Assembly: GCA_964559915.1 (NCBI GenBank)
Contig: CAZLJP010000001.1
Coordinates: 129,510 to 193,509 of the forward strand
From: an uncultured Candidatus Saccharibacteria bacterium
Lineage (GTDB): Bacteria; Patescibacteriota; Saccharimonadia; Saccharimonadales; JALRHH01
DNA: 64,000 nucleotides
Direction of reading: 5' to 3'
Positions 59,861 to 64,000 of this stretch are shown here, piece by piece; position 1 is the first letter of the stretch; every line of letters starts with the position of its first letter. Below the pieces are notes generated by a model. The model had not been told where the DNA came from. It made no database searches and worked only from the letters and a program-made list of their open reading frames with translations. A program made the position numbers and the translations under genes.

Positions 59861-61699
59861 GTGAGTACGTGGCTTGCAGCCGAAGCATATGTTCACTTAT
59901 GTTACAGAGTAGTAAACTATGAGGACATGAGCTCTACCGAAACACCCAAAACTGAAATTTTTGCCAAAGAAACACTACGCTATTATTGGCAAGCAAGTTG
60001 GGCATACAAACGCCTCACTCTACTTTCCTTGCTTCTGCCAATAAGCGCAGTCTTAACAAGCGTAATATCTCCCCTATTCGCCAGTCGAGTGCTTGCTTCT
60101 TTAGTAACCTCGGGTCCGACGACAAAGTACTTTATCTTTTTTGTATGTGCCGCTCTATTGGGCTTAGTACTCAACAAGATTGGCATCACGGCTAATATGC
60201 AGCTCCAGGCAAGAGTCATGTCACATCTCCATAACACCATGATTGAACGACTATTGCAGCGCAGCGCTGGTTTTTATGCTGACAGGGTTGGTGGCAAAAT
60301 CGTATCTGATGCTCTAGATTTTTCAAATGCGTATGGTGGTCTGATGACGAATGGGTTCATCAAGGGCATTGGGTTCTTAGCAATCATCATTAGTGGTGTA
60401 CTTATTCTGCTTGCCACCTCATGGGTCTTGGGTTTCAGCATCTTGGTACTACTATTCATATTAACTGTCTGGACGATACACAATAGTAAACAGCGCAAAG
60501 GATACCGCACTATTCGACTCCGGACCAGCAAAGAATTGACCTCTCACCTATCCGATAGCCTTGTAAACGCCATAACCGTCAAAACATTTGCTCGTGAGTA
60601 TGAAGAGATTAAAACTAGTCAGGCTCTCAGTAATAAACTGCGTGATCAGCGTGACTCAGACTGGACACGAACTGTTGCCGACGAAAATCGTCGCGTATCA
60701 CTTGTCGTCGTTCTTCAGATTTTACTGGTCTTTATGCTTATCAAGCTTGTGAACGATGACCCGGCTATACTGAGTACTGGCATCTTTGCTTTTACGTACA
60801 CTATTACACTACTCGGTCGATTCTTCGAGATAAATTCACTTGTTAGACAAGTAGACGAAGCTATTTTGAATGCTTCTCCAATGGCTGAAATACTCCTGCA
60901 ACCGATTGAAATTATTGATGCTCATGATGCAAAAAATCTAGAAGTAAGTGACGGTAAGGTCGATATTCGTAACATGCATTTTGCATACCCGGGGTCAAAA
61001 AATGGCGACAAAGTATTCGATGATTTCTCACTGCACATAGAACCTGGTGAAAAGATTGGCCTCGTAGGCCATAGCGGCGGAGGTAAATCAACACTAACTC
61101 GATTACTGCTTCGATTTGATGACGTCAGTAGCGGGTCGATTACCATTGATAATCAAGATATAAAATCGGTGACTCAGACAAGCCTAAGGAGGGCGATTTC
61201 TTACGTACCACAAGAACCGCTCTTGTTTCACCGCAGCGTGCTCGAAAATATCCGTTATGGCAATCCTACCGCTTCAGTAAAAGAAGTTGAGCATGCTGCA
61301 AAGCTTGCAAGTGCATTTGAATTTATCAAGAAGTTGCCAAGTGGTCTCGAAACCTTAGTAGGCGAACGTGGCGTGAAACTATCAGGTGGTCAGAGGCAGC
61401 GAATCGCAATCGCTCGTGCTATCCTCAAAAATTCACCAATTTTGGTTCTGGACGAAGCGACTAGCGCATTAGATAGCGAAAGTGAATCTGCCATTCAGAC
61501 AGCCTTGGGTGAACTCATGAAGCACAGGACGAGTATTGTGATTGCCCATCGGCTAAGCACAGTACAACGCATGGATAGAATTGTGGTGCTTGACGAAGGG
61601 AAAGTCGTAGAACAAGGCTCTCACAAAGAATTGCTTGCCGAAAATGGCATCTACGCCAAGCTATGGGCACACCAGTCTGGTGGGTTCATAGAGGAATAG
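59861..61699 (+). CDS. ABC transporter ATP-binding/permease fusion (MsbA-like exporter)
   Basis: Six-TM domain then NBD with Walker [10 protein letters not shown], signature LSGGQRQR and Walker [13 protein letters not shown]. Confidence 0.85.
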   Translation: MSTWLAAEAYVHLCYRVVNYEDMSSTETPKTEIFAKETLRYYWQASWAYKRLTLLSLLLPISAVLTSVISPLFASRVLASLVTSGPTTKYFIFFVCAALLGLVLNKIGITANMQLQARVMSHLHNTMIERLLQRSAGFYADRVGGKIVSDALDFSNAYGGLMTNGFIKGIGFLAIIISGVLILLATSWVLGFSILVLLFILTVWTIHNSKQRKGYRTIRLRTSKELTSHLSDSLVNAITVKTFAREYEEIKTSQALSNKLRDQRDSDWTRTVADENRRVSLVVVLQILLVFMLIKLVNDDPAILSTGIFAFTYTITLLGRFFEINSLVRQVDEAILNASPMAEILLQPIEIIDAHDAKNLEVSDGKVDIRNMHFAYPGSKNGDKVFDDFSLHIEPGEKIGLVGHSGGGKSTLTRLLLRFDDVSSGSITIDNQDIKSVTQTSLRRAISYVPQEPLLFHRSVLENIRYGNPTASVKEVEHAAKLASAFEFIKKLPSGLETLVGERGVKLSGGQRQRIAIARAILKNSPILVLDEATSALDSESESAIQTALGELMKHRTSIVIAHRLSTVQRMDRIVVLDEGKVVEQGSHKELLAENGIYAKLWAHQSGGFIEE

Positions 61700-61729
61700 A
61701 AAAAGTGGCTCAATTGAGCCACTTTTTTA
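61700..61729. terminator. Bidirectional rho-independent terminator
   Basis: A-run, GTGGCTC-AATT-GAGCCAC hairpin, T-run. Confidence 0.65.
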
Positions 61730-61948
61730 ATTTGTGTTCTTGTGAGAGTCTAGCTCTCGCGCATGACCCAGCATAACAGTACCCACTATAACCGACCAGA
61801 GGCCAGCCTCTGTATGATTCGTTGCAATTTCACCTACACCAACGGCTAACGCTAGCGAACCTACAACCCCAAAAAGTTCAGGACGTGCGTACCATCGTTC
61901 ACGCGCTGCTTCTTGCTCCGGTGACATTAGTTGTACATCTCGAGACAT
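61727..61948 (-). CDS. Small membrane protein, hypothetical
   Basis: Start at MSRDVQLMSPEQEAARERWYARP. The longer track ORF overlaps rplY. One hydrophobic helix. Confidence 0.3.
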   Translation of the reverse strand: MSRDVQLMSPEQEAARERWYARPELFGVVGSLALAVGVGEIATNHTEAGLWSVIVGTVMLGHARELDSHKNTN

Positions 61949-61949
61949 C

Positions 61950-62633
61950 TTAGGCCTCTGGTTTATCTTCAGTCTTGGCTTCGGTATCTGTTTCTTCGGC
62001 AGTTTCTGCTTCTGGCTTGCCAGCGTCTTCGGCAAGAGATTCCTGAGCAGCATTAGCTTCGGCAATCTGATCCTTGGGCATTTCAACTACTGCAACAGAA
62101 TGCTCTGCTTCGGTCAGAATAGTAACGCCTGCTGGAACCACAAGATCCGCTACAGTCAGGTGGTCACCGACTTCGCTCAGTGAACTTGGGTCAACAACTA
62201 TTGTGTCTGGCAGGTCTTTTGGTAGAGCTTTAACGTGTACGGTATCCAGTTGCTTGAGCACCATCAAGCTCAGTTTCTCGGCTGGAATCTCCACATCTTC
62301 CTTGAAGACTATTGGAATCTCTGCCTCGGTGGTTTCGTTCTGATTGATTGCCTGGAATACGACATGGCGAATACGATTCTTTGTAGGCTCGCGGTCGACG
62401 TCTTTGATAAGCGCAAGGTGTGGCTTGCCGTCAACTGTTAAATTGACAGGGTGGTGCTTGCCAGCCTGGCTGTAAACCTTAGCAACTGCTGCCGCATCTG
62501 CTGACACGTGTATTGAGTCCTTGCCGTGATTATGCACAACTGCAGGAACCAAACCCTCGTGGCGCAAACCTGCAAGCTTCTTCCTAATTACTTCACGTTT
62601 ATGTAGTTCTAATGAAATATCCTGACTGGTCAT
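61950..62633 (-). CDS. rplY: 50S ribosomal protein L25/general stress protein Ctc with acidic C-tail
   Basis: L25/Ctc beta-barrel N-domain and C-domain, then about 40 aa of Glu/Ala/Thr-rich tail. Confidence 0.85.
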   Translation of the reverse strand: MTSQDISLELHKREVIRKKLAGLRHEGLVPAVVHNHGKDSIHVSADAAAVAKVYSQAGKHHPVNLTVDGKPHLALIKDVDREPTKNRIRHVVFQAINQNETTEAEIPIVFKEDVEIPAEKLSLMVLKQLDTVHVKALPKDLPDTIVVDPSSLSEVGDHLTVADLVVPAGVTILTEAEHSVAVVEMPKDQIAEANAAQESLAEDAGKPEAETAEETDTEAKTEDKPEA

Positions 62634-62714
62634 ATGTACTCCTCTGAATCTAGTCCTATCTAGTATAGCAAACTTCTACTAGACCCCGTCTCTTAAAACC
62701 GCTAGGCTATATAC

Positions 62715-63344
62715 ATGCTTGACCCCGATACAATCATTGCAACTGGCGGTTTGTTACTTATCAGCATTATTATTTTTAGTGAGTCTGGGTTGCTTTTAGG
62801 CTTTTTCCTGCCGGGCGACACATTGCTATTCGCGGCTGGTTTTTTTGCATCACAAGGCAAACTGTCACTTCCTATATTACTGACGGCGCTGACTGTGGCC
62901 GCTATTCTTGGGTATTGGCTCGGATATCATCTTGGGCGCAGATTTGGGCCCCGTCTCTTTACCAAACAAGCGGCGTTTCTGAAACACGAATATGTCGAAA
63001 GAGCCGAGAAATTCTATGCTAAACATGGTGGCAAAGCCACGCTCATTGCGCGCTTTGTACCGATAGTGCGCACCATTGCGCCCGTGTTAGCCGGTGTTGC
63101 CAAGATGAATATGCGTACTTTCTGGATTTACAACATCCTTGGTGCGATTACGTGGGTCATCAGTACGACACTGCTTGGCTATTGGCTTGGTGCACGCATA
63201 CCAAATATTGACCATTACCTGCTACCAATCGTGTTATTTGCAACCGTAATTAGTTTTGCACCAACTATTATTCACATTAGTCGCGATAAAGCGGTACGTA
63301 AAGCAATCTGGGCAAAACTAACCAAGTCACTTAAGAAGCGCTAG
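62715..63344 (+). CDS. DedA/SNARE-associated family membrane protein
   Basis: GFFLPGDTLLFAAGF motif. 209 aa. Confidence 0.8.
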   Translation: MLDPDTIIATGGLLLISIIIFSESGLLLGFFLPGDTLLFAAGFFASQGKLSLPILLTALTVAAILGYWLGYHLGRRFGPRLFTKQAAFLKHEYVERAEKFYAKHGGKATLIARFVPIVRTIAPVLAGVAKMNMRTFWIYNILGAITWVISTTLLGYWLGARIPNIDHYLLPIVLFATVISFAPTIIHISRDKAVRKAIWAKLTKSLKKR

Positions 63345-63669
63345 GATTCTCCACCAGGAGTTGTAGTGCTTCCTCTAGGCTATCTGCTTTTCTAGTAATC
63401 AAACCCGTATCGGCCAGTGCTCTGCGTGCAATAGTATTGCGAACTTTGACAGTCTGAATGGCCAGTTCTGAAGGGACGCCTCTTTTATGCATTTCTTCAT
63501 CAAATATAACTGCCCCCATGTTATCGCCACGATTCCAACCTAAAAAGGCAGCCGCAATGACTGCCCTGGATGTAATGGGCCGCGTTATGGTTTGCTCATT
63601 GTATGCCCCAGCATAGGCATCAAACAGCCGGCCCGCAAGTTGCTCTAGCTCCGTAGACCGCTCTGTCAT
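63331..63669 (-). CDS. Hypothetical protein
   Basis: 112-aa ORF immediately downstream of uvrA. Confidence 0.4.
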   Translation of the reverse strand: MTERSTELEQLAGRLFDAYAGAYNEQTITRPITSRAVIAAAFLGWNRGDNMGAVIFDEEMHKRGVPSELAIQTVKVRNTIARRALADTGLITRKADSLEEALQLLVENPSAS

Positions 63670-63672
63670 GTA

Positions 63673-64000
63673 TTACAATACCTTTTTAAGAAATTGACCG
63701 GTGTAGGAATCTTTGACCTTGGCAACCTGCTCTGGAGTACCCTCCGCCATCACGTTGCCACCACCTGCGCCACCTTCGGGGCCCATATCAATCAGCCAGT
63801 CTCCGTTTTTGATGACATCTAAGTTGTGTTCAATGATTACCATGCTGTTACCAGTATCGACCAGTGCGTGCAATACAGAAAGGAGTTTTTTGACGTCTTC
63901 CATGTGCAACCCGGTGGTTGGCTCATCAAGGATATACAGCGTGCGGCCGGTTGGACGGCGAGATAATTCAGTGGCCAGCTTGATGCGCTGTGCTTCACCG
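63673..64000 (-). CDS. uvrA: Excinuclease ABC subunit A, C-terminal end (gene continues beyond window)
   Basis: C-terminal ABC region [36 protein letters not shown]. The frame stays open to the window edge on the minus strand. Confidence 0.85.
   Translation of the reverse strand, partial: GEAQRIKLATELSRRPTGRTLYILDEPTTGLHMEDVKKLLSVLHALVDTGNSMVIIEHNLDVIKNGDWLIDMGPEGGAGGGNVMAEGTPEQVAKVKDSYTGQFLKKVL

Overview
This 64-kb window is a gene-dense bacterial chromosome segment with about 80 CDS and short intergenic gaps. Gene content is mostly core housekeeping, and I infer a small-genome Saccharibacteria/CPR-like or similar lineage. The housekeeping genes include typA/bipA, corA, rarA, metK, rpsP, a KH-domain protein, trmD, rnc, nusB, a previously uncalled rpmF, leuS, a Mur ligase, ligA, htpX, lemA, secG, pepP, uvrC, a uvrA C-terminal fragment, rplY and trhO. 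A complete aerobic respiratory module is present: cyoABCD (cytochrome bo3 quinol oxidase) with cyoE, a type-II NADH dehydrogenase, two GlcD-like FAD-linked oxidases and a flavodoxin-like oxidoreductase. Transporters include DrrAB-like and MsbA-like ABC systems, an OppA-type binding protein, and DedA. Several large membrane-anchored extracellular proteins of unknown function are also encoded. There are eight tRNA genes, all with genomically encoded CCA: Gln-CTG, Ala-GGC, Leu-TAA, Gly-GCC, Phe-GAA, Val-TAC, Leu-GAG and Leu-CAG. Most are followed by clear rho-independent terminators. The most unusual signal is a recurrent architecture at three tRNA loci (Gln, Leu-TAA, Gly). In each, the 3' end of the tRNA (T-stem 3' strand, acceptor, discriminator, CCA) is duplicated about 100-1000 bp downstream as a direct repeat, and each copy is followed by its own terminator. 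At the tRNA-Gly locus two about 129-bp direct repeats of this kind bracket a single-gene cassette encoding a secreted lysozyme/glycoside-hydrolase-like protein. I interpret these as integration scars (att-site remnants) or a family of tRNA-3'-mimicking mini-elements. Other notable points are a translationally coupled pair of tiny ORFs downstream of crp, a CyoD subunit fused to a cupredoxin-like C-terminal domain, a structured leader upstream of the metK operon, and an AT-rich islet beside tRNA-Leu(CAG). No CRISPR array, integrase or transposase was recognised.
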